Below are positions 45,730-57,236 of a DNA stretch of 64,000 nucleotides, piece after piece. Source of the stretch: an uncultured Candidatus Binatia bacterium (GTDB lineage: Bacteria > Desulfobacterota > Binatia > UBA9968 > JAJDTQ01); the NCBI GenBank assembly GCA_965242525.1, contig OZ251459.1:3232001-3296000 (forward strand), written 5' to 3'. The notes beneath the pieces are model-generated. The model did not search any database. It had not been told where the DNA came from and saw nothing but the letters and a program-made list of their open reading frames with translations. The translations under genes were made by a program, and so were the position numbers. Position 1 is the first letter of the stretch. The number at the start of each line of letters is the position of its first letter.

Positions 45730-46242
45730 TCAGGACTTCAGGCTGTCCTGGAGCTGCCGGTCCTTGGCCTCGACCCCCGCGGCCATCTCTTCCTTGAAAC
45801 GGACGAGCTTTTCCGCCAACTCGGGGTCCTTGCGGGCGATGATCTGGGCCGCGAAGATGCCCGCGTTGGCGGCCCCGCCCTTGCCGATGGCCATGGTGGC
45901 CACCGGGACCCCCGCGGGCATCTGCACCGTGGCCAGGAGCGCGTCCATGCCGTCAAGGGCGGACGCGTTCAGCGGCACGCCGATGACCGGGAGCGTGGTC
46001 ACGCCCGCCACCACCCCCGCCAGATGGGCGGCGGCGCCGGCGCCCACGATGAACGCCTCAATGCCCCGGTCGGCGGCTCCCTTGGCGTAGTCATGGGTCC
46101 GGGCGGGAGAGCGGTGCGCCGACGATATGTGCATCTCGTAGGGGATGCCGAAGGATTCGAGCCGCGCCGCGGCCTCCTTCATCACCGGGACGTCGGAATC
46201 GCTGCCCATGAGGATCGCTACTTTCGGGGTCTGCTGCGGCAC
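45730..46242 (-). CDS. purE: N5-CAIR mutase
   Basis: [31 protein letters not shown]. Confidence 0.97.
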   Translation of the reverse strand: MPQQTPKVAILMGSDSDVPVMKEAAARLESFGIPYEMHISSAHRSPARTHDYAKGAADRGIEAFIVGAGAAAHLAGVVAGVTTLPVIGVPLNASALDGMDALLATVQMPAGVPVATMAIGKGGAANAGIFAAQIIARKDPELAEKLVRFKEEMAAGVEAKDRQLQDSLKS

Positions 46243-46262
46243 GATGTGCTCCTTCCTTTGCT

Positions 46263-46368
46263 GGAATCTCCGAACAATTCGACCATCCTATCCCCGTTCG
46301 TCCTGAGCGTAGCGAAGCGAAGTCGAAGGACGCGCTCATGCCCCCTGTCCCGATTGTTCCGAGGTTCC
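46263..46368. mobile_element. Family-A MITE (internally shortened) between purD and purE
   Basis: ggaatctccgaacaatt ... gattgttccgaggttcc around repeat 46293-46332. Confidence 0.75.
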
Positions 46369-46373
46369 GTGTT

Positions 46374-47657
46374 TCAATTCGTTCCTTCGCCGCGCTCCAC
46401 CGCGCGCCGGGCGATGTCCCGGCGGTAGTGCATACCGTCCCAGCCGAGCTTGCCCACGCCGTCGTAGGCCTCCCGGGCGGCAGCGGCGATGGTGTCGCCC
46501 ACCGCGGTGACTCCCAGGACGCGGCCGCCCCGGGTGAACCAGCGGCCGCCCTCGAAGGCGGTCCCGGCGTGGAACGCGACCCCCCGGGGCCAGGAGCCGA
46601 GCCGGTCGAGTCCGGTGATCTCCGCGCCGGTCCGGTACTCCCCGGGATAGCCCCCGGAGGCGAGCACGACGCAGACCGCGGCCGAGTCCAGCCACTCGAC
46701 TTCCGCCTCCCGGAGCCTGCCCTCGGCCACGGCCAAGAGCAGCGGGACCAGGTCCGTCTTGAGACGCATCATCAGGGGCTGGCATTCGGGGTCGCCGAAC
46801 CGGACGTTGAACTCCAGCACCTTGGGTCCGTCCTCAGTGACCATGAGCCCGGCGTAGAGGACGCCCCGATAGACCAAGCCGCGGCGCGCGAGTCCGGCCG
46901 CCAAGGGCTTCAGCACCCGTTGGACCACTGCGTCGTGCACCGCGTCGTCCACCACCGGGGCCGGGGAATAGGCGCCCATGCCGCCGGTGTTGGGTCCCTC
47001 GTCGTGGTCGAACACGCGCTTGTGGTCCTGAGCCGACGCCAGCGGGAGGAACTCGTCGCCGTCCACCAGCGCGGTGAAGGAGGCTTCCTCGCCCACGAGC
47101 CTCTCCTCGATGACCACCCGGTCGCCGGCAGCGCCGAATACCCTTCGACCCATGATGGCGTCGAGGGCGGCCCGGGCTTCCGCCCTGCCGGAACACACCG
47201 CCACCCCCTTGCCCGCGGCCAAACCGTCCGCCTTGACCACGCAGGGCCGGTCCCGGTCCACGTACTTCCCGGCCTCGTCCGGGTCCGTGAAGACCTCACA
47301 GGCCGCGGTGGGGATGCCGTTCTCCAGCATCAGTTCCTTGGCGAACGCCTTGCTGCCCTCCAGCCGGGCGGCCTCGCGGTTGGGTCCGAACAGCTTGAGG
47401 CCCCTGCCCTCGAACAGGTCGCCGATGCCCAGGACCAGCGGCAACTCCGGCCCCACCACCGTGAGGTCGATGGCCTCCCGGGCGGCGAAGTCCGCCAGCT
47501 TCTCGACCTCCGCGGCGCCGATGTCCACGAGCGTCGCCTCCCGGCGGATGCCGGCGCTGCCCGGAGCGCAGTACACCCGGTCCACCAGCGGGCTTTGGCG
47601 GAGCTTCCACGCCAGCGCATGTTCCCGCCCCCCACTGCCAATGACCAGGACCTTCAT
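46374..47657 (-). CDS. purD: Phosphoribosylamine--glycine ligase
   Basis: GSGGREHAL, LEGSK, KADGLAAGKGV, GPNTGGMGAYSP, RFGDPE. Confidence 0.98.
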   Translation of the reverse strand: MKVLVIGSGGREHALAWKLRQSPLVDRVYCAPGSAGIRREATLVDIGAAEVEKLADFAAREAIDLTVVGPELPLVLGIGDLFEGRGLKLFGPNREAARLEGSKAFAKELMLENGIPTAACEVFTDPDEAGKYVDRDRPCVVKADGLAAGKGVAVCSGRAEARAALDAIMGRRVFGAAGDRVVIEERLVGEEASFTALVDGDEFLPLASAQDHKRVFDHDEGPNTGGMGAYSPAPVVDDAVHDAVVQRVLKPLAAGLARRGLVYRGVLYAGLMVTEDGPKVLEFNVRFGDPECQPLMMRLKTDLVPLLLAVAEGRLREAEVEWLDSAAVCVVLASGGYPGEYRTGAEITGLDRLGSWPRGVAFHAGTAFEGGRWFTRGGRVLGVTAVGDTIAAAAREAYDGVGKLGWDGMHYRRDIARRAVERGEGTN

Positions 47658-47675
47658 GCTTCCCTTGGGAAAACC

Positions 47676-47878
47676 CGTCCTTCGACTTCGCTTCGCTACG
47701 CTCAGGACGAACGGTGTGGTTGCTCAGGGCTCCCTGTGGAACCGCTGAACAACCGAGACATCCAGGACAGCTTCCCGATTCCCTCGCCCTGACACTCCTA
47801 TCCCCGTTCGTCCTGAGCGTAGCGAAGCGAAGTCGAAGGACGCGCTCATGCCCCCTGTGCCGGTTGTCCGGGGTTTCC
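47676..47878. mobile_element. Two back-to-back family-A elements between purH and purD
   Basis: Repeats at 47676-47714 and 47803-47842; MITE 47738-47878 with TIRs ggaaccgctgaacaa / ttgtccggggtttcc. Confidence 0.78.
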
Positions 47879-49452
47879 TAGTGCCTGAAATGCCGGATGC
47901 CGGTGAAGATCATGGCGAGGCCGTGTTCGTCGGCTGCGGCGATGACCTCCGGGTCGCGGATGGAGCCTCCCGGTTGTATGACCGCGCGCGCGCCTGCGGC
48001 CGCGGCTGCGTCCACCCCGTCGCGAAAGGGGTAGAAGGCGTCGGAGGCCACCGCGGACCCCGCCAGGTCCAGCCCGTGGGTCCCGGCCCGGGTGACCGCG
48101 AGGTTGGCGGAATCCACCCGGCTCATCTGGCCTGCGCCCACCCCGAGCAACTGGTCCCGCGACGCGAACACGATGGCGTTGGACTTCACGTGGCGGCACA
48201 CCCGCCAGGCGAACCCCAGCGCCCGGTACTCGTCCTCCGTGGGCCGCCGCTCGGTGACCACCTTGCACTCCCTCACGTCCAGAGGCCGGTGGTCCCAGTC
48301 CTGGACCAGCACCCCGCCGCGGACCCGGCGCAGGTCCCGGGCGCCGTCCTCGGCCGGCGTCATGTCGATCTCCAGCAGGCGGACGTTGAGGAGCCGCTTG
48401 GCGGACGACAGCACCTCCCTGGCTTCCGGCGTGAACGACGGGGCGATGACGATCTCCAGGAAGATCTCCTTCAACTCGCGGGCCGTCTCCGCGTCCACCG
48501 GACGGTTCAGGGCGATGACGCCGCCGAAGATGGACACCGGGTCCCCGTCCCGGGCCTTGCGGAAGGCGTCCGCCAGGGAGACGTCGGAAGTGGCCAGGCC
48601 GCAGGGGTTGGTGTGCTTGACGGCCACCGCCGCGGTCTCCGGGAAGTCCAGCACCGCGCCCAGGGCGGCGTCCGCGTCAAGGATGTTGTTGAACGAGAGC
48701 TGCTTGCCCTGGACCTGCTTCGCACGGGCCACCGAAGGGCCTTGGGCGTCGGAGGACGCGTAGAACGCCGCGCCCTGGTGCGGGTTCTCCCCGTAGCGCA
48801 GTTCCTGGAGCCTGGAGAGCTGGAGGTTCAGTTTTTCGCCCCAGGCCCCCGCCTTCTTCTCCCGGTCGAGCCGGCCCAGGTAGTTGGAGACGGCGCCGTC
48901 GTAACGCGCCGTGTAGTGGAAGGCTTGGCGCGCTAGGCGAAACCGGGTGTCCCTCGACAACTCGCCGCGGCCGGCCGCGAGTTCTTCGGCCACCGGGGCG
49001 TAGTCCGACGGGTCCACCACCACCGCCACGTGCGCATGGTTCTTGGCCGCGGCGCGGATCATCGCGGGGCCGCCGATGTCGATCTGCTCGATGACTTCGT
49101 CGAAGGGCGCCCCGCTGGCCGCGGTGGCCTCGAACGGATAGAGGTTCGCCACCACCAGGTCGATGGGGCCGATGCCCAGTTCCTCCATGGCGGCCCGGTG
49201 CCCGGGCCGGTCCCGGAGGGCCAGGATGCCGCCGTGGATCTTGGGGTGGAGGGTCTTGACCCGGCCGTCCATGATCTCCGGGAAGCCGGTGGCGTCCGCG
49301 ACCTCGGTGACTTCCACCCGGTTGTCCCGCAGCAGCGCCGCGGTGCCGCCGGTGGACAGGATCTCGACGCCCAGCCCCGCCAGCGTCCGGGCGAAATCCA
49401 CGAGGCCGTCCTTGTCGGATACGCTCAGCAACGCCCTTTCAACCTTGCCCAA
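47878..49452 (-). CDS. purH: Bifunctional AICAR transformylase/IMP cyclohydrolase (probable TTG start)
   Basis: [47 protein letters not shown]. Confidence 0.97.
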   Translation of the reverse strand: MGKVERALLSVSDKDGLVDFARTLAGLGVEILSTGGTAALLRDNRVEVTEVADATGFPEIMDGRVKTLHPKIHGGILALRDRPGHRAAMEELGIGPIDLVVANLYPFEATAASGAPFDEVIEQIDIGGPAMIRAAAKNHAHVAVVVDPSDYAPVAEELAAGRGELSRDTRFRLARQAFHYTARYDGAVSNYLGRLDREKKAGAWGEKLNLQLSRLQELRYGENPHQGAAFYASSDAQGPSVARAKQVQGKQLSFNNILDADAALGAVLDFPETAAVAVKHTNPCGLATSDVSLADAFRKARDGDPVSIFGGVIALNRPVDAETARELKEIFLEIVIAPSFTPEAREVLSSAKRLLNVRLLEIDMTPAEDGARDLRRVRGGVLVQDWDHRPLDVRECKVVTERRPTEDEYRALGFAWRVCRHVKSNAIVFASRDQLLGVGAGQMSRVDSANLAVTRAGTHGLDLAGSAVASDAFYPFRDGVDAAAAAGARAVIQPGGSIRDPEVIAAADEHGLAMIFTGIRHFRH

Positions 49453-50608
49453 GGGTGCCCCGTCCCTCCTTCTGCCGGATGTAGGCGCGTGGAATGCCCG
49501 GACTGATGGATGTGAGGACCTCGTAGGAGATCGTGTCCGCCCAGCCGGCCATCTCTTCCGCGGAGATGGCCTCGCCGCCCTGCGCCCCCAGCAGGACGAC
49601 CTCGTCCCCGGACTGGACACCGCCTATATCGGTAACGTCCACCATTGTCAAATCCATGGTCACGCGGCCCAGCACCGGCGCCCGCCGCCCCCGCACCAGC
49701 ACCGCGGCCTTGTTGGAGAGGGACCGTTTGTAGCCGGCCGCATAGCCCACGGGCAGGGCGGCGATGAGGCTCTCGCGCCGGGTCACGAAGGTTCCGCCGT
49801 AGCTCACCCGGAAGTTCCTGGGCACTTTCTTGAGTTGCAGCACGCGGGTCTTCCACGTGAGCACGGGGGTGAGGCGAATGCGCCCCGCCAGGGGCGGATG
49901 CGAGTATATGCCGTAGAGCATCCCGCCCGGGCGGACCGCGTCGAAGTGCGCTTCCGGCAGCCCGACCACGGCCGCGCTGTTGGCCATGTGGGCGAAGGCG
50001 GGCGCGTGGCCCTCGGCCCGGAGCCGCGCGAGGATGCGCCGGAAGGCGGCCAGTTGCCCGCGGCACGACGGCGAGTCGGGTTCCTCGGACTCGGCGAAGT
50101 GGGACATGATCCCGTGCAATTCCACCGCCCGGAGTCCGCGCAGCTCGGGCAGCCATTCCTCCACGCGGTCCGCCAGGAGTCCCAGGCGCCCCATGCCGGT
50201 ATCCACCTTGAGGTGGCACGCGATGCGCACCCCGCGTTGGGCGCCGAAGGCTTCCAGGCCCCGCAGGACCGGCAGGTTCGAGATGACGGGGGTCAGGGAA
50301 TGTTCGATGAGCGCGGCCGCGTCGTCCGGGTAGAGGCTGCCGAGGACCACCACGTCCGCGGCGAGGCCAGACCGCCTCAAGCGCGCGCCTTCCGCGATGT
50401 TGGCGACGCCGAAGCGCCGGACTCCGTGCCCGGCCAGCGCCCGGGCGGTCTCCACCGCGCCGTGGCCGTATGCGTCGTCCTTCACCACGGCCAGGACCTC
50501 CACCGCGGGTCCCACCCGGCCCCGAAGGGCGTCGAGGTTCGCACACAGGGCGGAAAGGTCCACCTGGCAGAAAGTATGTGCAGATTCGCTCGAAGGATTC
50601 TCGGTCAC
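49439..50608 (-). CDS. alr: Alanine racemase
   Basis: AVVKDDAYGHG, HLKVDTGMGRLG, VSYG, GRVTMD, TISYE. Confidence 0.96.
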   Translation of the reverse strand: MTENPSSESAHTFCQVDLSALCANLDALRGRVGPAVEVLAVVKDDAYGHGAVETARALAGHGVRRFGVANIAEGARLRRSGLAADVVVLGSLYPDDAAALIEHSLTPVISNLPVLRGLEAFGAQRGVRIACHLKVDTGMGRLGLLADRVEEWLPELRGLRAVELHGIMSHFAESEEPDSPSCRGQLAAFRRILARLRAEGHAPAFAHMANSAAVVGLPEAHFDAVRPGGMLYGIYSHPPLAGRIRLTPVLTWKTRVLQLKKVPRNFRVSYGGTFVTRRESLIAALPVGYAAGYKRSLSNKAAVLVRGRRAPVLGRVTMDLTMVDVTDIGGVQSGDEVVLLGAQGGEAISAEEMAGWADTISYEVLTSISPGIPRAYIRQKEGRGTLGQG

Positions 50609-50644
50609 AGGCGCGGGACGAAGTCTTTCCGGGATCTCTCTCGT

Positions 50645-50757
50645 GGAAACTCTGGACGATCTCGTGGAAGCTCTGGACGATTACCCCCGTTCATCCTGAG
50701 CGTAGGAAACGAAGCCCCCCGTTCGTCCTGAGCGTAGCGAAGCGAAGTCGAAGGACG
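50645..50757. repeat. Family-A repeat with duplicated TIR-like heads
   Basis: ggaa(a/g)ctctggacgat twice, partial repeat at about 50686 and full repeat at 50718-50757. Confidence 0.75.
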
Positions 50758-50852
50758 CGCTTTCACCAACTCGTCCGCAGGATAACAGAACCCCGCACGC
50801 CGGGCCAACGAATCCCCATGCTCCAGGGGGATCTGCGTTGTCCGCACGGACC

Positions 50853-50895
50853 TTGACTTGCCAAAGGCCATCGGCTACTAATCATACTCATTACT
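50853..50895 (+). promoter_or_regulatory. Sigma70 promoter overlapped by a Fur/PerR-type operator
   Basis: TTGACT-N17-TACTAA; overlapping actaatcatactcattact (TAAT-N7-ATTA), upstream of rubrerythrin. Confidence 0.6.
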
Positions 50896-50912
50896 GATAA
50901 GGAGGCTACCTT

Positions 50913-51359
<447 letters not shown>

Positions 51360-51379
51360 TTCGCCGGTCCGAAGGCGGT

Positions 51380-51431
51380 CTTCGCGCCCGGCCCCCGCGA
51401 GAGGCGTCTCGTGCGGGGCCGGGGCGCGAAG
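51380..51431 (+). other. Strong intergenic hairpin after rbr
   Basis: cttcgcgcccggcccccgcgaga-ggcg-tctcgtgcggggccggggcgcgaag. Confidence 0.55.
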
Positions 51432-51451
51432 GCCCGCAAACCGACGCCCAC

Positions 51452-52030
51452 ATGGACAAGGTCAGCCTGAACGACATCATCGGGGCCGACGCCTACGAGG
51501 AGAAACGCGACTCCTTCCGGCGCGAGATCATCGAGCTCAAGAAGCATCGGCGGGTGGCGGTGGGGGACAAGGTCTCGCTGGTGTTCGAGAACCGGGCCAC
51601 GGTGATCTTCCAGATACAGGAGATGCTGCGGGCCGAGAGGATCCGCGACCTGGACAAGATCCGCGAGGAGATCGAGGTCTATAACGAGCTCATCCCGGAC
51701 CCCGGGGAGCTCAGGGCCACCCTGTTCCTGGAGATCGAGGACCAGACCCACCTGCGCCAGGAGTTGCTGAAGTTCCTGGGGATCGACGAGCGGGTCTTCC
51801 TCATGATCGGCGCCGACCACTCGGTGCGCGCCCGGTTCGAGGAAGGCCGCAGCAAGGAAGACAAGATCAGCGCGGTGCAGTACATCGCCTTTCGCCTCGC
51901 CCCCGAGGAGGCCGAAGCCCTGCGGGACCGGGACGCCAGGGTGGTGGTGGACCATGAGAACTACCGGGCGGAGGCGTTGCTGACGGACGCCGCCAAGGCG
52001 GAGCTGCTCCGCGACCTCGCCGCGGGATGA
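51452..52030 (+). CDS. DUF3501 family protein
   Basis: [48 protein letters not shown]. Confidence 0.88.
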   Translation: MDKVSLNDIIGADAYEEKRDSFRREIIELKKHRRVAVGDKVSLVFENRATVIFQIQEMLRAERIRDLDKIREEIEVYNELIPDPGELRATLFLEIEDQTHLRQELLKFLGIDERVFLMIGADHSVRARFEEGRSKEDKISAVQYIAFRLAPEEAEALRDRDARVVVDHENYRAEALLTDAAKAELLRDLAAG

Positions 52031-52070
52031 CCCGCCGGACCCGCCCGGGGACAGGGTTCCGGGAACGCCC

Positions 52071-52445
52071 ATGACTACGAGACGCACCCGACAGCTCGAA
52101 GTGGTATGGGAGGCGCTGAAGGACGACGCCTCGCACCCCACCGCAGGCCAGATCTACGACCGGGTGCGCAAGGACCTTCCCAACATCAGCCTCGGCACGG
52201 TCTATCGCAACCTCCAGAAGCTCGCCGCGGACGGCAAGCTCCAAGTCCTCAACATCGAGCGCACCCGACACTTCGACCCGATCCTGGAAGAGCATCCGCA
52301 TTTCATTTGCGAAAGCTGTGGAAGGGTCTATGATGTGGCCTTGGAGACTCGGGAAGGAGCCGAGACCCCGCTCTTGCCCGACACGGGGTTCATGGTGACC
52401 GGCCAGCGGCTTTCCCTTTACGGGACTTGCGAGGTCTGTTCATGA
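52071..52445 (+). CDS. Fur/PerR family transcriptional regulator
   Basis: [32 protein letters not shown]. Confidence 0.93.
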   Translation: MTTRRTRQLEVVWEALKDDASHPTAGQIYDRVRKDLPNISLGTVYRNLQKLAADGKLQVLNIERTRHFDPILEEHPHFICESCGRVYDVALETREGAETPLLPDTGFMVTGQRLSLYGTCEVCS

Positions 52446-52487
52446 CGCCCTGAGGTATTTCGGTCGCGCCTGACCCGGGAGGGGGTT

Positions 52488-53321
52488 ATGACAAGATGGA
52501 GCGCCGCAAGTATCGTGCTCGGTCTCGCCGTCCTGCTGGGCGCCCGGTCGGCGGACGCCATTTGCAACCCCAACCTGGTCCGGTCCCTCGACCTGGGTCC
52601 CGACCTGGTGCGGGTCCAGGGCGCCAGGCTCGGTGAGTACCGCCTGCGCTGGTTCGGCCACTCGAGCTTCGCCATCCTTTCCGGCACCGGCACCCGGGTG
52701 GTTGCCGACCCCAACTTCGACGTGACCCCGGGGATCACCGCGGACGCGGTGACGGTGAGCAACAACCACTACACCCACAACAACGTGGAGGTGGTCCAGG
52801 GCAGTCCGCTGGTGCTGCGGGGCATCACCCTGGACCAGCGCTGGAACCCGGTGCGGAAGAAGGTGAAGGACATCCTGGTGGTGAACCTTCCCAGCAAGCG
52901 CAACTACGACTTCAGCCGCATCGCCAACTCCATCTTCGTCTATGAGTTGGGCAGCCTCTGCATCGCCCACATGGGCAACATCGGGCACCTGCTCACCGAC
53001 AAGCAACGGAAACTGCTGCGCCGGGTGGACATCATGATGATCCCCATCGACGCCCGCAACAACCTCGACTTCGCGGACCTGGTGAAGGTCATCGCCCAGG
53101 TCAACCCGCCCATCGTGATCCCCATGCACTACGACGACCCGCACCAGGCCCAGTACTTCGCCTCGTTCCTCGACGAACGCTACCCGGTCCGCTGGAAACT
53201 CGACTCCCGCCTCGTCCTCACCCGCAAGATGCTCCCCCGGAACACCGAAGTCTTCGTCCTGACCCACCCCAACCCGTATGCGGGAAGGGGGCGGTGGTCG
53301 GATTGGGATGAGGAGAATTGA
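52488..53321 (+). CDS. Exported MBL-fold metallohydrolase
   Basis: Signal peptide, WFGHSSF, SNNHYTHN, HMGN, IPMHY. Confidence 0.85.
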   Translation: MTRWSAASIVLGLAVLLGARSADAICNPNLVRSLDLGPDLVRVQGARLGEYRLRWFGHSSFAILSGTGTRVVADPNFDVTPGITADAVTVSNNHYTHNNVEVVQGSPLVLRGITLDQRWNPVRKKVKDILVVNLPSKRNYDFSRIANSIFVYELGSLCIAHMGNIGHLLTDKQRKLLRRVDIMMIPIDARNNLDFADLVKVIAQVNPPIVIPMHYDDPHQAQYFASFLDERYPVRWKLDSRLVLTRKMLPRNTEVFVLTHPNPYAGRGRWSDWDEEN

Positions 53322-53347
53322 GGGGGGGGCTATTTTTCGCCTACATG

Positions 53348-53428
53348 GATTCCCGCTTTCGCGGGAATGACGCGGGGTGGGCGTCTGCGGGAATGACGGG
53401 GCAGGCGTCTGTGGAGCAATGACGGCGT
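53348..53428. repeat. Family-B repeat fragment
   Basis: ggattcccgctttcgcgggaatgacg...ggcgtctgcgggaatgacg...ggagcaatgacggcgtga. Confidence 0.8.
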
Positions 53429-53497
53429 GAGATCTTTCGACCCCACCGGGACAACATCTGAGGGTGTGGTGGACGACGCAGGACAAGGAGGTTGGTA

Positions 53498-54445
53498 ATG
53501 GCAACGTTTGTGGTGAAGACCGTGTACCAAGGAGTGCCGATTGACGGCGTTTTCGATGAATTGAAGGCTGGCAAGGCAAGAATCGGCTGGTCGAACGACG
53601 ACAAGCTGGATCTGCGGAAGATCAAACACAAACTGGAAGCAGGGTCGCCACTTGACGCAGATGAAGCGGCCGCGAAGAGATGCCTTGGCTTTCTGACTCG
53701 TGTAGAAAAAGGTGATACGCTACTTTATCCCCATCAGCCAGCGAGAGGGCAGTTTGCAGGGGTCGAAGTGACTGGCGACTACGAGTACTCTGACAAAGAC
53801 AATGCTATCTCGGGCGATTTCCGTTCGGTTAGGTCCTGCACCTTCAAGACGATCAAGACGAGCACATCAATGTACGATGACTCGGTTCCCTCCCAGTTGC
53901 GCTATCAGATGCAAAAACCTGGAAGATTCTACAGGATCTACGATGAGCGACCTTTGCATGAGTTCTTGGACCCCGAGGCCGGTACCATTCCATTGGAGAG
54001 AATCTACAAGCAGATGCGCAAGTGCCTTCCCGATGCTATCCGGAGACAATACAACGGAAAGGATCTTTCGAGGAAGTTCTTACCTGTGCTCTTCGAGCGC
54101 ATAGGCTACAGTTCCGATGTCCAGGAAGGGCCGAGCGAGGCCGGGGCTGATTTGGTAGTCTCCTTGGACAGCCCACTGCTACCCGAGAACAGGGAAATCC
54201 GGATCGGAGTGCAAGCGTTTGCATACGAAGGCAATGTTGCGACGAAAGAACTACAACGAAAGCTCGACCAGCTTCTTGAGGGCTGGGAGCAGAACAGGCT
54301 CGACTACGGTGTCCTGTTGACGACCGGAAACTGTGGCGAGGATGGGCGAAATCTAGTGGCTGCCCACAATGAGCAAAGACCGAACAGACCGGTGCGTCTG
54401 ATAGACGGGCCAGAACTGGCCTACCTGTTTCTCAAATACTTCTAG
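53498..54445 (+). CDS. Mrr-like restriction endonuclease with an N-terminal putative DNA-reader domain
   Basis: AAGGAGG RBS; RIGWS..DLR, KGDTLLYP; C-terminal EAGADLVV..IGVQAF..GVLLTTG..RLIDGPEL. Confidence 0.7.
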   Translation: MATFVVKTVYQGVPIDGVFDELKAGKARIGWSNDDKLDLRKIKHKLEAGSPLDADEAAAKRCLGFLTRVEKGDTLLYPHQPARGQFAGVEVTGDYEYSDKDNAISGDFRSVRSCTFKTIKTSTSMYDDSVPSQLRYQMQKPGRFYRIYDERPLHEFLDPEAGTIPLERIYKQMRKCLPDAIRRQYNGKDLSRKFLPVLFERIGYSSDVQEGPSEAGADLVVSLDSPLLPENREIRIGVQAFAYEGNVATKELQRKLDQLLEGWEQNRLDYGVLLTTGNCGEDGRNLVAAHNEQRPNRPVRLIDGPELAYLFLKYF

Positions 54446-54609
54446 GCTACTTCATCCATCTCTCTGAGCAAAGGAACATGCAATCGCTATTCGAGGCATT
54501 GACCTGAGACCTTGGAACGCCCGGAGAGGCGAGCGACAGAACAGGACGCCGGAACGACCGGCGCGGCAGCAGACCGGGAGCCGGCCCCGGAGTAGGAGAC
54601 AATCGCTTC

Positions 54610-55542
54610 ATGGGCCACACATCGACGCGGGACCGTTTTCGCGGTTGCCTCCTGGGGTTGGCGACGGGGGACGCCTTGGGGGCGCCGCTGGAGTTCAAAC
54701 GGCCCGACACGTTCCAGCCCATCGACGACATGGTGGGCGGCGGCTGCCACAACCTGAAGCCGGGTCAGTGGACGGACGATACTTCCATGGCCCTGTGCCT
54801 AGCCACGAGCTTGGTGGAATGCGGCGGGTTCGACGCCCGGGACCAGATGGAGCGCTACGTGCGCTGGTGGCGCAAGGGCTACCTATCCTCAACCGGACGG
54901 TGCTTCGACATCGGCAACACCACCATCGAATCCTTGAAACGCTTTGAGGAGACCGGAGACCCCCTCGCCGGAACCTCCGATCCCATGACCGCGGGAAACG
55001 GCTCGCTCATGCGCCTTGCGCCGGTCCCCATGTTCTTCGTCCGTGACGCCGCAGAGGCCATCGAGCAAAGCGCGGACAGCTCGAAAACGACCCACGGAGC
55101 CGCGGAAGCTGTGGATGCCTGCCGCTACTTCGCCGGCCTGCTCGTCGGCGCATTGCAGGGCGTGGACAAGGATACCCTCCTATCCGACCGCTATTGCCCG
55201 TTGGGCGGCTACTGGCAAAGGAACCGGCTGACAAGCAAGATCGACGCGGTCGCCGCGGGCTCCTTCAAGGACAAGGAACCGCCGGACATCAAAGGCGCCG
55301 GCTTCGTGGTCCTCTCCCTGGAGGCGGCGCTGTGGGCCTTCCACAACTCCACCGACTTCCGCCACGGGGCGCTGAAGGCCGTCAACCTGGGGGACGACGC
55401 CGACACCACCGGGACCATCTACGGACAGATCGCCGGGGCGTACTACGGCGCCGAGGCCATTCCCGAAAGTTGGCGACGGAAGAAACTGGCCATGCTGGAC
55501 AAGATCGAGTCCCTGGCGGATCGGCTATATGACCGAACGTGA
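54610..55542 (+). CDS. ADP-ribosylglycohydrolase (DraG/ARH family)
   Basis: [32 protein letters not shown]. Confidence 0.95.
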   Translation: MGHTSTRDRFRGCLLGLATGDALGAPLEFKRPDTFQPIDDMVGGGCHNLKPGQWTDDTSMALCLATSLVECGGFDARDQMERYVRWWRKGYLSSTGRCFDIGNTTIESLKRFEETGDPLAGTSDPMTAGNGSLMRLAPVPMFFVRDAAEAIEQSADSSKTTHGAAEAVDACRYFAGLLVGALQGVDKDTLLSDRYCPLGGYWQRNRLTSKIDAVAAGSFKDKEPPDIKGAGFVVLSLEAALWAFHNSTDFRHGALKAVNLGDDADTTGTIYGQIAGAYYGAEAIPESWRRKKLAMLDKIESLADRLYDRT

Positions 55543-55552
55543 GCGAACGACC

Positions 55553-56095
55553 CTACACAGGTCTTATACCCTTGACGTACTGCTCCTGCTCGGCTGTTTC
55601 TATCGCTCCGCAACGGACACGGCGTACCTCGCAGATCGCGTCTTCCGGACGAGCGCCGAATTCGACCAGTAGGCAGGCGGCCACGGTGCCGGCTCGGCCG
55701 AGGCCCCCCTTGCAATGGATGAGCACGTTGCGGCCTGACCGCAATAAGCATCTAACGTCAGGGCCATAGCGTTTCCAGGCGCTTTCGAAGGTATTTCCCG
55801 GCGAATGGCCGTCCTGAATCGGCAGATGCAGCCACTCCATACCGCGTTCCTTGACCTCTTTGCCGAGATCACGGACCGAGAGGAGCTCGAGTTCGTCCTC
55901 CGTAATCAGGCTGACGACCGCAGCAGCGCCCCACTTCCGAACCACATCGAGATCGACGGCTAGGCAGCGTTCCTGGGGACCGTATCTCGCGTGAGGATCC
56001 TTCTTGCCGGGACATAGGGTGATGCCAATGAGGCCGTAGTCAGACCGTGGCCGCACCTCGGCAATGCGTAGTGGATCGTTCTCGCTGGTGTGCAT
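55553..56095 (-). CDS. CDKN3-like dual-specificity/tyrosine phosphatase
   Basis: CPGKKD, WLHLPIQD, HCKGGLGRAG (Cx5R), GAIET. Confidence 0.9.
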   Translation of the reverse strand: MHTSENDPLRIAEVRPRSDYGLIGITLCPGKKDPHARYGPQERCLAVDLDVVRKWGAAAVVSLITEDELELLSVRDLGKEVKERGMEWLHLPIQDGHSPGNTFESAWKRYGPDVRCLLRSGRNVLIHCKGGLGRAGTVAACLLVEFGARPEDAICEVRRVRCGAIETAEQEQYVKGIRPV

Positions 56096-56110
56096 GAATC
56101 TGTCCCTTCT

Positions 56111-56134
56111 GGTGCTTCAGGAAGTCGTGTGGGT
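56111..56134 (+). repeat. 24-bp motif identical in type to the family-B MITE end
   Basis: ggtgcttcaggaagtcgtgtgggt. Confidence 0.75.
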
Positions 56135-56217
56135 CAGGGGAGAACCTGAAGACGCCGCCCTGAAGGATCCTAAGCAGGGTCTCGCGGGTCAGGGCTGGCT
56201 AGGGACTGGCAGGGGTC

Positions 56218-57162
56218 CTATTTCTTTGCCCAAGGCTGCTTGTCAGCCCAATCAACCAGTTCTTGCGCCAATGCCCTCATTTCATCAAAGGATTCCGCGA
56301 AAGTATAACAACGCTTAAGCACTTGCGGATAGTGAGTCGTACATCCAGCTTTAACGGCACTCCCCAAAACTTTGAGTCTAACCATCCTGTCTTTGAGCCA
56401 ATCAAGGTTGCGGCGTTTCCGGAATACCTGCACATCTGGTTTTTTGAAGTCATACGCTGCAACGATGACGACATCGATTTTGCTGCAAGCGTTCGACTCC
56501 TTTGGGTTAGGGGCTGATGTTCCACATTTTATAAATGCTTTTTCCAAACCCCTTAGTATTCCCTGGAAGGTGTTGTTTTCATCCGCCGCCACTGTGTTCC
56601 CGCAAGCAACACCGAAGTGGACATCATGCCAATGGGTATCAGTTGCGAACGACATTCCCGCGTCCGAATAGCACATTGTTTGTTCTCTATGCTGATGGTA
56701 GAGAATTTGAACCTTTTCCCCTTGAGCCTCGCATCCATCAGCAAGACTTTCCGCTTTACGCACTGTATCTTTGCACCACACACCATACTTGATGTTTTTG
56801 GCAAGTGCATTTTTACGTTTAGCGGCCCAAGTTCGGCATTCGTTGGCGACCCACCTTTTATTGTCGTTCCACAGTCTGTCTAGTCCTTCCTTTCGACGCT
56901 GACGTTGACTAAGATAGCCGTGGGTGGAATCACAATCCAGAGTCTCTCGCCTGAACCTTGATTTGTTCCTATCGTCCGCATAGAAACTTTTCAAACCATC
57001 ACAAATCAAATAGTCACTTTGGTTGACCGTGGCAATGGCTTCGTCGCAATCGGAAATCTCCGTCGCATTCTGGACGGTTACATCATGGGCCAATGCGGTA
57101 TGCCCAACCGCAAGCAGCCCAGCGACCGCGACCGCCAGCAACGCCAGGATAGTTCCTTTCAT
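56218..57162 (-). CDS. Secreted cysteine-rich hypothetical protein
   Basis: Signal peptide MKGTILALLAVAVAG..ALA; many Cys; AGGAGG RBS; visibly lower GC. Confidence 0.75.
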   Translation of the reverse strand: MKGTILALLAVAVAGLLAVGHTALAHDVTVQNATEISDCDEAIATVNQSDYLICDGLKSFYADDRNKSRFRRETLDCDSTHGYLSQRQRRKEGLDRLWNDNKRWVANECRTWAAKRKNALAKNIKYGVWCKDTVRKAESLADGCEAQGEKVQILYHQHREQTMCYSDAGMSFATDTHWHDVHFGVACGNTVAADENNTFQGILRGLEKAFIKCGTSAPNPKESNACSKIDVVIVAAYDFKKPDVQVFRKRRNLDWLKDRMVRLKVLGSAVKAGCTTHYPQVLKRCYTFAESFDEMRALAQELVDWADKQPWAKK

Positions 57163-57236
57163 TCCGTCCCTCCTGTTAGTCAGGCTCTACAAGCCCTACT
57201 GCCTACCATCCTGCCAAGCGTGGACAAGATGGCCTA

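Noticed and set aside
53322-53329. G8 run after the MBL gene
   Set aside because: Lies just past the stop codon, so no evident switching role.
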